Shown here: in pieces, positions 1-9,859 of the stretch
Position numbering within the stretch: position 1 is the stretch's first letter
How the letters are laid out: each line of letters opens with the position of its first letter
NCBI GenBank assembly: GCA_963803435.1
Contig: CAWDML010000003.1
Span: 320,001 to 384,000 of the forward strand
Source: an uncultured delta proteobacterium
Lineage (GTDB): Bacteria > Myxococcota > Kuafuiibacteriia > Kuafuiibacteriales > Kuafuiibacteriaceae
Direction: 5' to 3'
Length of the DNA: 64,000 nucleotides
Notes under the pieces: model-generated
What the model saw: only the letters and a program-made list of their open reading frames with translations
Told to the model about the DNA's origin: nothing
The model's database searches: none
Made by a program: the position numbers and the translations under genes

Positions 1-1546
1 AGGTCGCGGTGCACCAGGCCGGCGGCGTGCGCGGCCTCGAGCCCCAATGCAATCTGCCTTGCGATCGCTGCCGCCCGCTCGGGCGCGAGCGGACCCTGCC
101 GCGCGATCATCGCCTTGAGCGTCTCGCCCCGCAGCAGCTCCATGGTGAGGAAGGGACGGCCGTCATCGGTGATCCCGAAGTCGAAGACCTGGACGATGTT
201 CGGGTGCGAGAGCTTGCTGAGCGCCAGCGCCTCCCGCTCGAGCCGCCGCTTGCCGCGCTCACTCTCCGCGGCGCGACCGAACAGCACCTTCACGGCATAT
301 TCGCGATCCAGGACCAGGTGCTTGGCCAGGTAGACCCGCGCCACCGAGCCGGCGCCGAGCAGCCCCAGGAGTCGGGTACCCGTGGAGCACCGTCCCGATC
401 ATCTTGTCCTGGGCTGCGGAAGGGGCGGACCGACTCGCCCTCGCCCTCGAGGACGAGGGGGATGAAGAGGAGGAGGGGATCGGTCGGATCGACGGTCTCC
501 GTCTTCTCGAGCCGCTCGGCCTCGATCTCTTCCGGGTTGAAGTCGTTGATCGCCGTCCGGCCCTCGACGACCACGGACTCGAACCGGCGGAGCGGGCTCA
601 TCGCCTCGTCCAGCACCAGCGCCACGTCCATCATCTCGACGAGCGGTGAGCGCGCGGTGGGATCGGGCATGGGTGCCAGGCGCCCCATGAAGTCCGTCAA
701 CACGGTGCGAGGGTCGCGATCGATCCGCCGGTGCATCAACACCGCGCTGAGCTCCCCCGCCAGCTCGTCGGCCGAGCGGTACCTCCGGCCGGGATCGCTC
801 CGGGTGGCCCGCGAGACCACCGCGGCGAGGTCGCGATCGAGCTCGCGGGAGAGGAGCGGATCCCCACCGCGACGGACGGTGGCGCGGATCGTCTCGTCGT
901 CGATCGGGCTCGTGCCTGTCAGCATCCAGTGGATCAGACAACCGAGCGCGAAGATGTCGGCCCGCGCGTCGACGGCGCGCCCGTTCATCTGCTCCGGCGA
1001 CATGAAGGACAGCTTGCCCATCGCTACACCCACGCGCGTCTTGGCGAGGCGCTCGACCGCCAGCGCGATCCCGAAGTCGGACACCTTCACGTCGCCCGCG
1101 AAGGAGATCAGGACGTTCGAGGGGCTGACATCGCGATGCACGATGTGGAGCGGCGTGCCGTGCGCGTCCTTGGCCTTGTGCGCGTAGGAGAGGCCGCGCG
1201 CGACCTCGAGCGCGATCGCGAGGGCCACCTCGGGCGGCAGGCGGGAGCGTTCGAAGAGGCGGCCCAGATCCAGCCCGTCGACATACTCGAGGACCAGGAA
1301 CGGCCAATCGTCCATGACGCCGAAGTCGAAGACGCTGACCAGGTTCGCGTGGTGGAGCTGTGCGGCGATGCGCGCCTCGTCGATGAAGTGGTCGACGAAC
1401 CCCTCCTCGAGGAGCGCGTCTTCGCGGAGCTTCTTGAGGGCGACCTTCCGCTCGAACCCGTGCTCGCCGACGATGTAGGCCTCGAAGACCTCCGCGGTGC
1501 CGCCGCGCTCGATGAGGCGCGACGTGCGGTAGCGGCTCGCCAGCAC
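1..1546 (-). CDS. Ser/Thr protein kinase with two tandem kinase domains (3' end runs off the window; two apparent +1 frameshifts near 478 and 380)
   Basis: Domain 1 in ORF 290..1546 has VALKK, HRDVSPSN, DFG and FMSPE. Removing one C near 478 and one near 380 continues into AQDKMIGTVLHGYRLLGLLGAGSVARVYLAKH..YAVKVL..HPNIVQVFDFG..GLVHRD, a second Hanks-type domain cut off by the window edge. Confidence 0.85.
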
Positions 1547-1555
1547 GGATAACGT

Positions 1556-2881
1556 CTACCGGATTCCGTGCCTCTTGAGCATCTGGATCAGGTACGAGCG
1601 GTTCATCTTGGCACCACGCGCTGCGGCAGAGACGTTGTGCTTGGTTCGGTCCATCAACGCGTTCAAATAGATGACCTCGAACTCGTTGAGCAGCGCCGAG
1701 CGCGCGTCCTTGTATGAGAGTTCGACCAGTCGGGACAGAGCCTCGGTGCTGAACACGGTCGAGCCCCCTTCGCCCTGATCGAGCTGCTCGTCGAGGTGCG
1801 GCGCCTCCCCCATGGCGAGGGCGGCCTCGACGAAGTTACGGAGCTCGCGGACGTTTCCCGGCCAGTGGTGCACCTTCAGGGTCTGCATCACGGCATCCGG
1901 GATCACCTCCTCGATCGGGCCGTCGTGGCCGACCTCCTGGAGGAAGTGCTCGACGAGGAGCGGGATGTCCCCGGCGCGCTCCCGGAGCGGTGGGATGCGG
2001 AGCAGGATCACGGCGATCCGGTAGTACAGGTCCTGGCGGAAGCGGCCCGCGTTGACCTCGTTGCGGAGGTCGCGGTTGGTCGCGCACACCACCCGGACGT
2101 CGACGGCGATCGAGGTGGTGCCGCCTACCCGCCGGAACGTCCTCCGCTCGAGCGCGCCCAGCAGGGCGGACTGCAGGGCCGGGGGGAGCTCTCCGATCTC
2201 GTCGAGGAAGAGCGTGCCGCCGTGCGCGCGCTCGAAGGCGCCCACGTGTTGTCGGTCGGCGCCGGTGAACGCCCCCTTCTCGTGGCCGAAGAGCTCGCTC
2301 GCGATCAGCGTAGGCATGAGCGCGCCGCAGTCGACGACCTCGAAGGAGTGATGCGCCCGGGGGCTCGACTCGTGAATCGCGCGCGCGATGACCTCCTTGC
2401 CGACGCCGGTCTCTCCGAGCAACAGCACCGACACGTCGGTCTTGGCGGCCCGCTGGATCCGGGCCATCAAGCTCCGCATCTCGGGCGTGCGCCCACGGAC
2501 CGGTCCGATGTGGTCTTCCTCGGTGAGCTCGAGGTCGACCGTCTCACCGTCCTCGATCTTGATCGTCGTCTTGCCGAGGGACAGCAACGTCCCCGGCGGG
2601 ATGGTCGCGCTCTCGAGGTAGGCTTGACCCAGCTGGACGCCATTCGTCGAGCCGCAGTCCCGCACCAGGATCCGGTCCTGACGGCGGCTGAGCTCGAGGT
2701 GATATCGGGAGACGGTCTCGTCGCTGAGGATCAAATCGTTGCCGTGCGCGCTCCCAATCGACAGCGTTTCACCGCTGGCGACTACGCTCCGGCCACGGTC
2801 GGGGCCCTCCTCGACTCTGACCTTCAGAGACTTGACCGGAAGCCCAACGAATCGGTGGGGGACCGTGCTCTGATCCGACAC
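1556..2881 (-). CDS. FHA-domain sigma54-dependent transcriptional activator (FHA-AAA+-HTH)
   Basis: N-terminal FHA (IGSAHGNDLILSDETVSRYH..STNG), Walker A GETGVGKE, GAFTGA, LFLDEIGE, WPGNVREL and C-terminal Fis-type HTH (NVSAAARGAKMNRSYL). Confidence 0.93.
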   Translation of the reverse strand: MSDQSTVPHRFVGLPVKSLKVRVEEGPDRGRSVVASGETLSIGSAHGNDLILSDETVSRYHLELSRRQDRILVRDCGSTNGVQLGQAYLESATIPPGTLLSLGKTTIKIEDGETVDLELTEEDHIGPVRGRTPEMRSLMARIQRAAKTDVSVLLLGETGVGKEVIARAIHESSPRAHHSFEVVDCGALMPTLIASELFGHEKGAFTGADRQHVGAFERAHGGTLFLDEIGELPPALQSALLGALERRTFRRVGGTTSIAVDVRVVCATNRDLRNEVNAGRFRQDLYYRIAVILLRIPPLRERAGDIPLLVEHFLQEVGHDGPIEEVIPDAVMQTLKVHHWPGNVRELRNFVEAALAMGEAPHLDEQLDQGEGGSTVFSTEALSRLVELSYKDARSALLNEFEVIYLNALMDRTKHNVSAAARGAKMNRSYLIQMLKRHGIR

Positions 2882-2890
2882 CGAGAAAAC

Positions 2891-3490
2891 CTAACAGAGC
2901 GGCCGGACCAGATCCATGAGCTCATCGGCCATCCGCAACGTGAGGCCCCAGATCATCCGTCCCTCGAAGCGATACGCCGGAAGCTTCACCGGCACGCCGG
3001 CGATCCGCTTCTCGATCGTGCCCCGGTTCTGTTGGTCGAGCAGGAACGAGAAGGGCACCCACAGCGCCTCCTGCACCTCGCGGACGTCGGGGGCGAGCGA
3101 CGGCGAACCCGTCAGCTCGAACACGAAGGGGAAGATGACCATCGGCACCGGGCGCCCGTGCGCGACCGCGGGGACGTGGGAGAGCTCGCCGACCAGCTGT
3201 GCGTCGCGTTCGAGATCGAGCGCCACCTCTTCGCGGGTCTCGCGCAGGACCGCGCCGAGCGGGCCCGAGTCACCCGCGTCGACGCGACCGCCGGGGAAGG
3301 CCATGTGTCCCGACCATGGATCGGTGGGATGCTCGGCGCGGCGGATGAAGAGGAGGTCCAGCCCGGAGGCGTCGGAGGCCCGAAAGACCGCGGCGACGGC
3401 GGCCTTGCGCATGTGGCGCTCGATCGGGACCGTGCGCTTCTGGTGCGCGCGCAGCGCTTCCTTCACCTGATCGAACGTCGGCCCTGCCAC
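2891..3490 (-). CDS. NUDIX hydrolase, CoA pyrophosphatase (NudL/PCD1-like)
   Basis: 3' part of ORF 2891..4492 from GTG at 3490. Motifs LLFIRRAEHPTDPWSGHMAFPGG, the NUDIX box REtrEEV and IWGLT. Confidence 0.88.
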   Translation of the reverse strand: MAGPTFDQVKEALRAHQKRTVPIERHMRKAAVAAVFRASDASGLDLLFIRRAEHPTDPWSGHMAFPGGRVDAGDSGPLGAVLRETREEVALDLERDAQLVGELSHVPAVAHGRPVPMVIFPFVFELTGSPSLAPDVREVQEALWVPFSFLLDQQNRGTIEKRIAGVPVKLPAYRFEGRMIWGLTLRMADELMDLVRPLC

Positions 3491-3507
3491 CTCGCGAGCA
3501 TAGCCGA

Positions 3508-4419
3508 TCACTGGACGTAGGCGCCGGGTTTGATCTTGGGAGCGGGGCGAGGCGGAACGGTGACCAGCACCAGATGGGTAGGGCCCTTCACACCGCCGTG
3601 GTCGTTGTCCGAGATCAGCAGCAGACGACCATCGTCGAGCCGCTCGATACCCTCGAAGTTGGGTGTGTCGCCGGGGTAGATCTCGGTCAGGTCGACCGCG
3701 AGCTCGGGCTCGATCACGCCGCCGGTGTCCAGCAGCGGCAGCGTGAAGCGGAGTATGCGTGAGACCGAATAGTGCCGTTCGATCGCGAAGACCTCGCGCG
3801 CTCTCTCGGTCTTCGTGCAGCTGAGCCCTGAGATCTTTCCGGTCTCGCTGGTGAGGTGCAGGCGGTACTGCGCCCAGCGCTTCTCCTTGAAGTCGTAGCT
3901 CTGCACCGGCGTGAAGCGCGCGCCCTTCTCGACGATCACCTGCTCGGCGGCGGCGACCAGGCGCCCGTCGGCGAAGCAGAGCCCCTCGACGCCGCGGTTG
4001 GCCTCGGCCCGCATGCCGTAGGGCGCGTAGTCGAAGGATAGCTCGCTCTCCACCTTGGCTCCCTGCTTGCCGATCGAGGCGATCAGGATCCGGTCGCGCA
4101 CGCGCTCGGTCAGCCGGGCCTCGGTGCCGAGGGCGATCAGCCCCCCGTCGATCACGGCGAGCGACTCCACGTCGAGATCGTCGGGGACGCCGATCAGCGG
4201 GATCGTGGGCATCCGCGACACGCCGCGCTCGGTGACCTCGAACGGCACCAGCACCCGCTCGCGCTCCGGGACCGCCAGGTAGCGCTGTCCGGCCCGGGCG
4301 AGACCGGAGATCCCGCGGGCGCTCTCGGCGGGCCAGGTGGTCTTCGACGCCGAGTACTTCGAGGGCGGGGCCTGGCCTGCGACGACGAGGAGGAGGGCCG
4401 GCAGGATCGCCGAGCTCAC
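3508..4419 (-). CDS. Secreted beta-propeller protein (esterase-like-activity-of-phytase / SdiA-regulated-like)
   Basis: Signal-peptide-like N-terminus, repeated blade motifs (GISGLA, DVESLA, NRGVEGL, KISGLS, NFEGIE) and LLLISDN. Start overlaps the purC stop. Confidence 0.6.
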   Translation of the reverse strand: MSSAILPALLLVVAGQAPPSKYSASKTTWPAESARGISGLARAGQRYLAVPERERVLVPFEVTERGVSRMPTIPLIGVPDDLDVESLAVIDGGLIALGTEARLTERVRDRILIASIGKQGAKVESELSFDYAPYGMRAEANRGVEGLCFADGRLVAAAEQVIVEKGARFTPVQSYDFKEKRWAQYRLHLTSETGKISGLSCTKTERAREVFAIERHYSVSRILRFTLPLLDTGGVIEPELAVDLTEIYPGDTPNFEGIERLDDGRLLLISDNDHGGVKGPTHLVLVTVPPRPAPKIKPGAYVQ

Positions 4420-5381
4420 AGGAGGCCGGCTCGGCGGAGGTTCTGCTCAATCCGCTCGAGGACCTTGCCGGCCTTGGGCTGGAAGTCGTCACCGACCATC
4501 AGCTGGTAGGCCTCGAGGTAGCGCGTCGCCAGGGTCACGCGGATCTCGTCATCGAGCGGCGGCGGCTCTCCGTACCCGGAGAAGTTGTGCTTCTCCATCA
4601 ACCAGCCGCGCAGGTTCTCCTTGTCGAGCATCCGCTGAGCATCGCCCTTGGCGAAGCGGGTCGGGTACTCGTCCGCCATCCAGTAGCGCGACGAGTCGGG
4701 GGTGTGAATCTCGTCGATGACCACCAGGCGGCCGTCGGCGTCCTCTCCCAGCTCGTACTTGGTGTCCACCAGGATCAGGCCGCGCTCGGCGGCGCGCTCG
4801 GTGCCGCGCGCGAACAGGCGGAAGGCGGCGTCGGCGGCCCGTTCGAGCTGCGGGTGCGTCATGAGGCCGTCGGCGACGATCTGGTCCTTCGAGATGGGCT
4901 GGTCGTGCGCGCCCTGCTCCGCCTTGGTGGTCGGCGTCAGGATGGGCGCGTCGAAGCGCTGATCCTTCGCGAGATCCTTGGGGAGCGGGACGCCGTACGC
5001 GTGGGCCTTGCCCGACTGATAGTCCCTCCACAGCGAGCCGGTGATGTAGCCGCGCACCACGAACTCGACCGGATAGGCGCGGCAGCGTTTGACCACCAGG
5101 ACGTTCGGATCCGGGATCGAGATCAGGTGGTTGGGGAGGATGTCCTCGGTGGCCCGGAAAGCGGCGACGGCCATCCGGTTGAGGATCTCGCCCTTGAACG
5201 GGATCGTGCCGAGCACGCGGTCGAAGGCCGACACCCGATCGCTCGTCACGATGACCAGTCGATCCTCGGTCGAGTAGACGTCGCGGACCTTGCCTCGGTA
5301 GAGCTCACCGAGCTTCGAGAAGCTCGTCTTCTCGAGGGTGAGATTGAGCTGCTCCTTCAGGATCGGTTCCAGAACCATCAC
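4416..5381 (-). CDS. purC: Phosphoribosylaminoimidazole-succinocarboxamide (SAICAR) synthase
   Basis: YRGKVRDVY, SDRVSAFD, EFVVRGYITGSLW, TPTTKA, LILVDTKYELG, DEIHTPDSSRYW, DKENLR. Confidence 0.95.
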   Translation of the reverse strand: MMVLEPILKEQLNLTLEKTSFSKLGELYRGKVRDVYSTEDRLVIVTSDRVSAFDRVLGTIPFKGEILNRMAVAAFRATEDILPNHLISIPDPNVLVVKRCRAYPVEFVVRGYITGSLWRDYQSGKAHAYGVPLPKDLAKDQRFDAPILTPTTKAEQGAHDQPISKDQIVADGLMTHPQLERAADAAFRLFARGTERAAERGLILVDTKYELGEDADGRLVVIDEIHTPDSSRYWMADEYPTRFAKGDAQRMLDKENLRGWLMEKHNFSGYGEPPPLDDEIRVTLATRYLEAYQLMVGDDFQPKAGKVLERIEQNLRRAGLL

Positions 5382-6124
5382 TTTTTCTCCAAAGCCTCGC
5401 CGAGCGTGGTCAGCACGATCTCGACGAGCTGCCGGTACGTCTCGTCGCCTTCACGCAGGGAGGCGTCTTTCGGTTTGCCGAAGTAGCACTGATCGGCGCC
5501 CATCGCCGTGAAGGTCTTCTTGCCCTTCTTCATCGCGCCGACCAGATCGATCTCTACGGGCTTCAGCTCGGCGCGCTCCGCCTTCACCGGACCGCCGCAG
5601 GCCAACACCAGCGAGGTCTCGTACTGGCCGGCGTGACAGCTGCCACTCTGAAACTCCTCGGTCATCGTCGCCACCCATCGTCGATCGCAGGGGTCGGCGA
5701 TCACGAGCGGACACTTCGCGACCTTCTGCGCCGCGTCTCGCGCGTCGCGCAGGGCGAATCGATGCTCGGGCTCGAGGTGTGCGTTGACCAGGCACACCGC
5801 CCTCACGCCTTGTGCGGCCATCCCGATCAAGACGTCGCGCACGTAGGCGATCGCGGTCTCCTTCGGGATCGAGACGGTGCCGGCGAACGGGGCGGCGTAC
5901 TCGGTCACGCTGAACGCCAGCGCGGGCATGATCACCGGCTTGACCTCGAGCTCGGTCTCGATCCGCTCGAGCGCGCGCTTGCAGGTCTCCTCCGCGATCA
6001 GGACGTCGGTCGCGAGCGGGAGGTGCGGGCCGTGGGCCTCGGTGCTGCCGATCGGCCAGAGCGCGATCGCGCCGGCGTCGACCAGCGAGCGAACCTCCGG
6101 GTAGGCGAGATCGCCGAGCCTCAC
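5378..6124 (-). CDS. Creatininase-family amidohydrolase
   Basis: 3' part of ORF 5378..7459 from a GTG overlapping the ligase stop. Motifs PIGSTEAHGPHLPLATD, VNAH and HAGQYETS. Confidence 0.88.
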   Translation of the reverse strand: MRLGDLAYPEVRSLVDAGAIALWPIGSTEAHGPHLPLATDVLIAEETCKRALERIETELEVKPVIMPALAFSVTEYAAPFAGTVSIPKETAIAYVRDVLIGMAAQGVRAVCLVNAHLEPEHRFALRDARDAAQKVAKCPLVIADPCDRRWVATMTEEFQSGSCHAGQYETSLVLACGGPVKAERAELKPVEIDLVGAMKKGKKTFTAMGADQCYFGKPKDASLREGDETYRQLVEIVLTTLGEALEKK

Positions 6125-7689
6125 GCGATCCCCCGCCGGGCCGCCGCCAGCGCCGCCATTCGCTTGAGCTCGCCCCGATCCAGCTTGTCGCGATCGCCTC
6201 TCGGGAGCTCGGGGACGAACTCGACGAAGCGCGGCGCCTTGAAGGGGAGCAGCGCCCCGGCCACGTGATCGGCGAGCGTGCGCGCCAGGCCGTCGGAGGC
6301 GTCGACGCCGCTCTTCAAGATCACGAACGCCATCGGCTTCACCAGGCCCTCGAACTCGAACGGTGCCACGCCCGCTTCGGCCACCGCGGCGTGCGTCGTC
6401 AACACGCTCTCGATCTCCTGCGGGGCGACCCAGCGACCGGCGACCTTCATCAGATCGTCGGCGCGGCCGCGGTACCAGAAGTAGCCCTGCCCATCGCGGA
6501 CGAACTGATCGCCGCTGACGACCCAGCCGCCGCGGAGCACCTCCCGCGACTTCTCGTGCCGCTGCCAGTAGAATGCTGCGGCGCTGCCGCCGCCGATCCA
6601 GAGCGTCCCGACCTCGCCGTCGGCGCACTCGCGGCCGTCCTGGTCGATGATCTTGGCCTGGTAGCCCTCCACGAGCGTGCCGAGGCTCCCGGGGACCACC
6701 TCGCCGAAGCGCGCGCTGATGAAGACATGGAACATCTCGGCGCTGCCGATGCCGTCGAGGATCTCGGCGCCGGGTCCGGCCTTCCAGCGGTGGTAGAGCT
6801 CGACGGGCAGCGCCTCGCCCGCGGAGGTCACCACGCGCAGCGACCGCACCACCGGCTGCGGCTTCGCCTTGTCGTAGTGCGCGGTCATCTGCGCGATCAT
6901 CGTCGGTACGTTCACCAGGACGGTGGCGCGGTGGCGCTCGATCAGCTCGAAGAGGCGCGCCGGGGTGGGCTTGTCGGGGAAGAGGACCGCGCAGCCGCCG
7001 AAGTAGAAGGGGAACAGGAGGTTGGTGCCGGTGGCATAGCCGAAGAACAGCTTGGGGACCGAGACGGTGACGTCGCCGTCCGTGAACCCGAGGACGTCCT
7101 TGGCGTAGCGCTCGGTGTTGTAGACGAAGTCGTACGCGCGATGGACGGCGGCCTTGGGCGCGCCGGTCGATCCGCTCGAGTAGAGCCAGATCGCGAAGTC
7201 CTCCTCGAGCGTGGGCGCGGTCTCGAAGATGGAGGGGTGTCCGGCGAGCGCGGCCTCGGTCTGCGGGTCGTCGACCTCGAGCACGGCCCGGAGGTGCGGG
7301 CGCGCGGCGGGGAGCTTGGCCGCGATCTCCCGGGTGGTGACGACCCCTCGGGCCCGGCTGTCCTCGAGATAGAACGCGATCTCGTCCGCGCTCACGAGCG
7401 GGTTGAGGAACATGACGGTGGCGCCCATCTGGACGGCGCCGAAGAAGGCGGTGACCCACTCGATCCCGTCCTCGAGGATGAGGAAGATCCGATCCTCGAG
7501 GCCGAGCCCGCGGGCGACCAGCTCGTGGGCGACGCGCGCCGAGCGCTCGGCGACCTCGGCGTAAGTATGGCGGGACACGCCCCGCTCGGGGTGGTCGACG
7601 ACGAGGGCGGTTCGGTCGCCGCGGCCCTGGCGCAGGTTGTTCAGGAGGAAGGCGTCGGTCAGATTGAGGGGCCTCCCGGGTACCGCCAT
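6121..7689 (-). CDS. Benzoate-CoA ligase family (aryl-CoA ligase, ANL superfamily)
   Basis: WLYSSGSTGAPKAAVH, SAGEALP, ILDGIGSAEMFHVF, SGDQFVRD, YRGRADDLMKVAG. Start (7689 or 7695) is uncertain. Confidence 0.88.
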   Translation of the reverse strand: MAVPGRPLNLTDAFLLNNLRQGRGDRTALVVDHPERGVSRHTYAEVAERSARVAHELVARGLGLEDRIFLILEDGIEWVTAFFGAVQMGATVMFLNPLVSADEIAFYLEDSRARGVVTTREIAAKLPAARPHLRAVLEVDDPQTEAALAGHPSIFETAPTLEEDFAIWLYSSGSTGAPKAAVHRAYDFVYNTERYAKDVLGFTDGDVTVSVPKLFFGYATGTNLLFPFYFGGCAVLFPDKPTPARLFELIERHRATVLVNVPTMIAQMTAHYDKAKPQPVVRSLRVVTSAGEALPVELYHRWKAGPGAEILDGIGSAEMFHVFISARFGEVVPGSLGTLVEGYQAKIIDQDGRECADGEVGTLWIGGGSAAAFYWQRHEKSREVLRGGWVVSGDQFVRDGQGYFWYRGRADDLMKVAGRWVAPQEIESVLTTHAAVAEAGVAPFEFEGLVKPMAFVILKSGVDASDGLARTLADHVAGALLPFKAPRFVEFVPELPRGDRDKLDRGELKRMAALAAARRGIA

Positions 7690-7797
7690 CCGCATGGCGC
7701 CGCGTAGCACTCGATCCCGCGGGCTGTCACGCGCGAGGTGCCGCACCCGTCAGCCCACTCTTGTCTTTGCCGACCGGGCGTGATTCCACGACCCCTC

Positions 7798-8736
7798 GTG
7801 CCGGAGACCGGGGACAACGCGCCTCCGCCCGAGGGCGAGGTCTCACAGGAGGAGCGGGAGCGTCGCGAGGTCGAGGATCTCCTGGGCCCCGACGTCCGGA
7901 CCCCGGTGGGGATCCCGGGCGGGTACCAGCCCAGCGAGTCCTCCATCAACCCGCTGTTCCGCGTCGAGCTGGTCGAGTTCGCCGGGCCGCTCGATCTGCT
8001 CCTCTATCTGATCCGCAAGCACGACATCGACGTCTTCGACATCCCCATCAGGTTCATCACTGATCAATACCTCGAGATGCTTCGGACCCTGAAGAGCCTC
8101 GAGATCGATCTGGCCGCCGAATTCCTGGTGCTGGCCGCCGAGCTCACCCACATCAAGTCGAAGATGCTGCTCCCCGCGCGCGAGGGCGTCGCTGTCGAGG
8201 AGGAGGAGACCGAGAGCGATCCGCGGGCCGAGCTGGTGCGCCGTCTGCTCGAGTACCAGAAGTACCGCGACGCCGCCGAGCAGCTCGACGATCGCGATCG
8301 CCTCGGACGCGATGTCTTCGCTCGGGTCCCGCCCCGCATGGACACGGTCGAGGATCTCGATCCGGGGCTCAAGAGCATCAGCATCTTCAAGCTCGTCGAG
8401 CTGATGGCGAAGCTGATGAAGAAGGCGCCCGCCGCCGCGCACGCCATCTCCTTCGAGGCGTTCAATCTGTCCGAGCGCATCCAGTACATCGACGACTTCG
8501 CGCTGGCGCGCGAGGGGCGCTTCACGCTGGTCCAGCTGCTCCAGGGGATCTTGTCCCGCGCCGAGCTGGTGGTCACCTTCATCGCCGTGCTGGAGATGAC
8601 CAAGCTCGGCTTCCTCCGGATCTCGATCGAGGTCGGCGGCGAGCGACCGCCGGAGGACGACGCCGACCTGCCGCTGATCTGGGTGAACCGCACCGACAAG
8701 GTGCTGGGCGGCGACGTCATCGACGACTACCGCTGA
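7798..8736 (+). CDS. scpA: Segregation and condensation protein A (kleisin)
   Basis: FAGPLDLLLYLIRKHDIDVFDIPI..ITDQYL, AAEFLVLAAELTHIKSKMLLP, DPRAELVRRLLEYQKY, VVTFIAVLEMTK. Start uncertain (7738 or 7798). Confidence 0.93.
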   Translation: MPETGDNAPPPEGEVSQEERERREVEDLLGPDVRTPVGIPGGYQPSESSINPLFRVELVEFAGPLDLLLYLIRKHDIDVFDIPIRFITDQYLEMLRTLKSLEIDLAAEFLVLAAELTHIKSKMLLPAREGVAVEEEETESDPRAELVRRLLEYQKYRDAAEQLDDRDRLGRDVFARVPPRMDTVEDLDPGLKSISIFKLVELMAKLMKKAPAAAHAISFEAFNLSERIQYIDDFALAREGRFTLVQLLQGILSRAELVVTFIAVLEMTKLGFLRISIEVGGERPPEDDADLPLIWVNRTDKVLGGDVIDDYR

Positions 8737-8791
8737 GGCGACGCCTCTAAAAGCTTCTAAAACGCCGGCGTCGCCCGTTGATCGGGGCGCG

Positions 8792-9856
8792 GTGCAGGCG
8801 GACAAGCGATGGGTGCGCGCCCTTTTGCTCTTCCTGCTCCCGCTCGCGTGCGGCGGAGGGGAGGCGCTCCTTCCGGTGCCCGCGGACAGACCGGCGGATC
8901 CCGGTGTCGCGCTGGTGCCGCTCCCGAACATTCCCGTCCGCGTCGATCCGATCGCCACGCCGCCGGTCGAGGTGGTGCTCGAGGATCCGGAGGCCGAGCC
9001 GCACTCGAACCCGCTGGTGCTGGTCCACGGCTTCCTCGCCACCGGCACGTCGCTGGGCTTCGCCGACATCGGCGCGGATCTGCGGGCCCGCGGCTTCACC
9101 GTGGCGGTCGCCGATCTCTCCGCGTCCGCAGCACCCCCGGAGCGCGCCGGTCAGCTGGCCCATCTCGTCGACGCGGTCCTCCTCGAGTCGGGCGCGCGGC
9201 GGGTCAACATCATCGCCCACTCCGCCGGCGGGCTCGACGCCCGCTACCTGATCTCGACGCTCGGCTACGGCGATCGCGTGGCGTCGCTCTCCACGGTGGC
9301 CACGCCGCACCGCGGATCGGCGGTGGCCGATCGGATCTTCGCGCTCACCCGGGACACGCCCGATCCGTTGCTCGAGGCCTTCGCCCGGATCTGGGGTCTG
9401 ACCGTCGGCGACATCGACGACGATCCGGATCTCCGGGCTGCGCTGGCTGCGCTCCGCACCGAGGACGCAGCCGAGTTCAACGCCGCCAACCCCGACGATC
9501 CGCGGGTGCTCTATCGCTCCTGGGCGGGCCTCAGCGATCCGCTGGCTCGCCCCGACGCCGGCGACGATCCTGCGTGCGAGCACCGGCTGCTCTTCGATCC
9601 GTCCGTGCGCGACCGCCTCAACCCGCTCTTCGATGTCACCGCCTGGTGGGCGGGCGAAGGCGTGAGCCGGCTGCCCAACGACGGTATGGTGACCGTCGAG
9701 AGCGCGAAGTGGGGCGAGTTCGTGGGATGTCTGGCCGCCGACCACGCGGACGAGATCGGCGCGCTCGATCAGCCGAGCCCCGATCCGGTCACCGGGTTCG
9801 ATCATCTGGCGCTGTATCGAGCGATCGCGGACGATCTGGTCGGGCGCGGGCTGTAA
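8792..9856 (+). CDS. Lipoprotein triacylglycerol lipase (alpha/beta hydrolase, family I-like)
   Basis: Lipobox LPLAC, oxyanion LVHGF, nucleophile elbow AHSAGG, TVATPHRGS, NDGMV and DHADEIG. Confidence 0.88.
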   Translation: MQADKRWVRALLLFLLPLACGGGEALLPVPADRPADPGVALVPLPNIPVRVDPIATPPVEVVLEDPEAEPHSNPLVLVHGFLATGTSLGFADIGADLRARGFTVAVADLSASAAPPERAGQLAHLVDAVLLESGARRVNIIAHSAGGLDARYLISTLGYGDRVASLSTVATPHRGSAVADRIFALTRDTPDPLLEAFARIWGLTVGDIDDDPDLRAALAALRTEDAAEFNAANPDDPRVLYRSWAGLSDPLARPDAGDDPACEHRLLFDPSVRDRLNPLFDVTAWWAGEGVSRLPNDGMVTVESAKWGEFVGCLAADHADEIGALDQPSPDPVTGFDHLALYRAIADDLVGRGL

Positions 9857-9859
9857 GCG

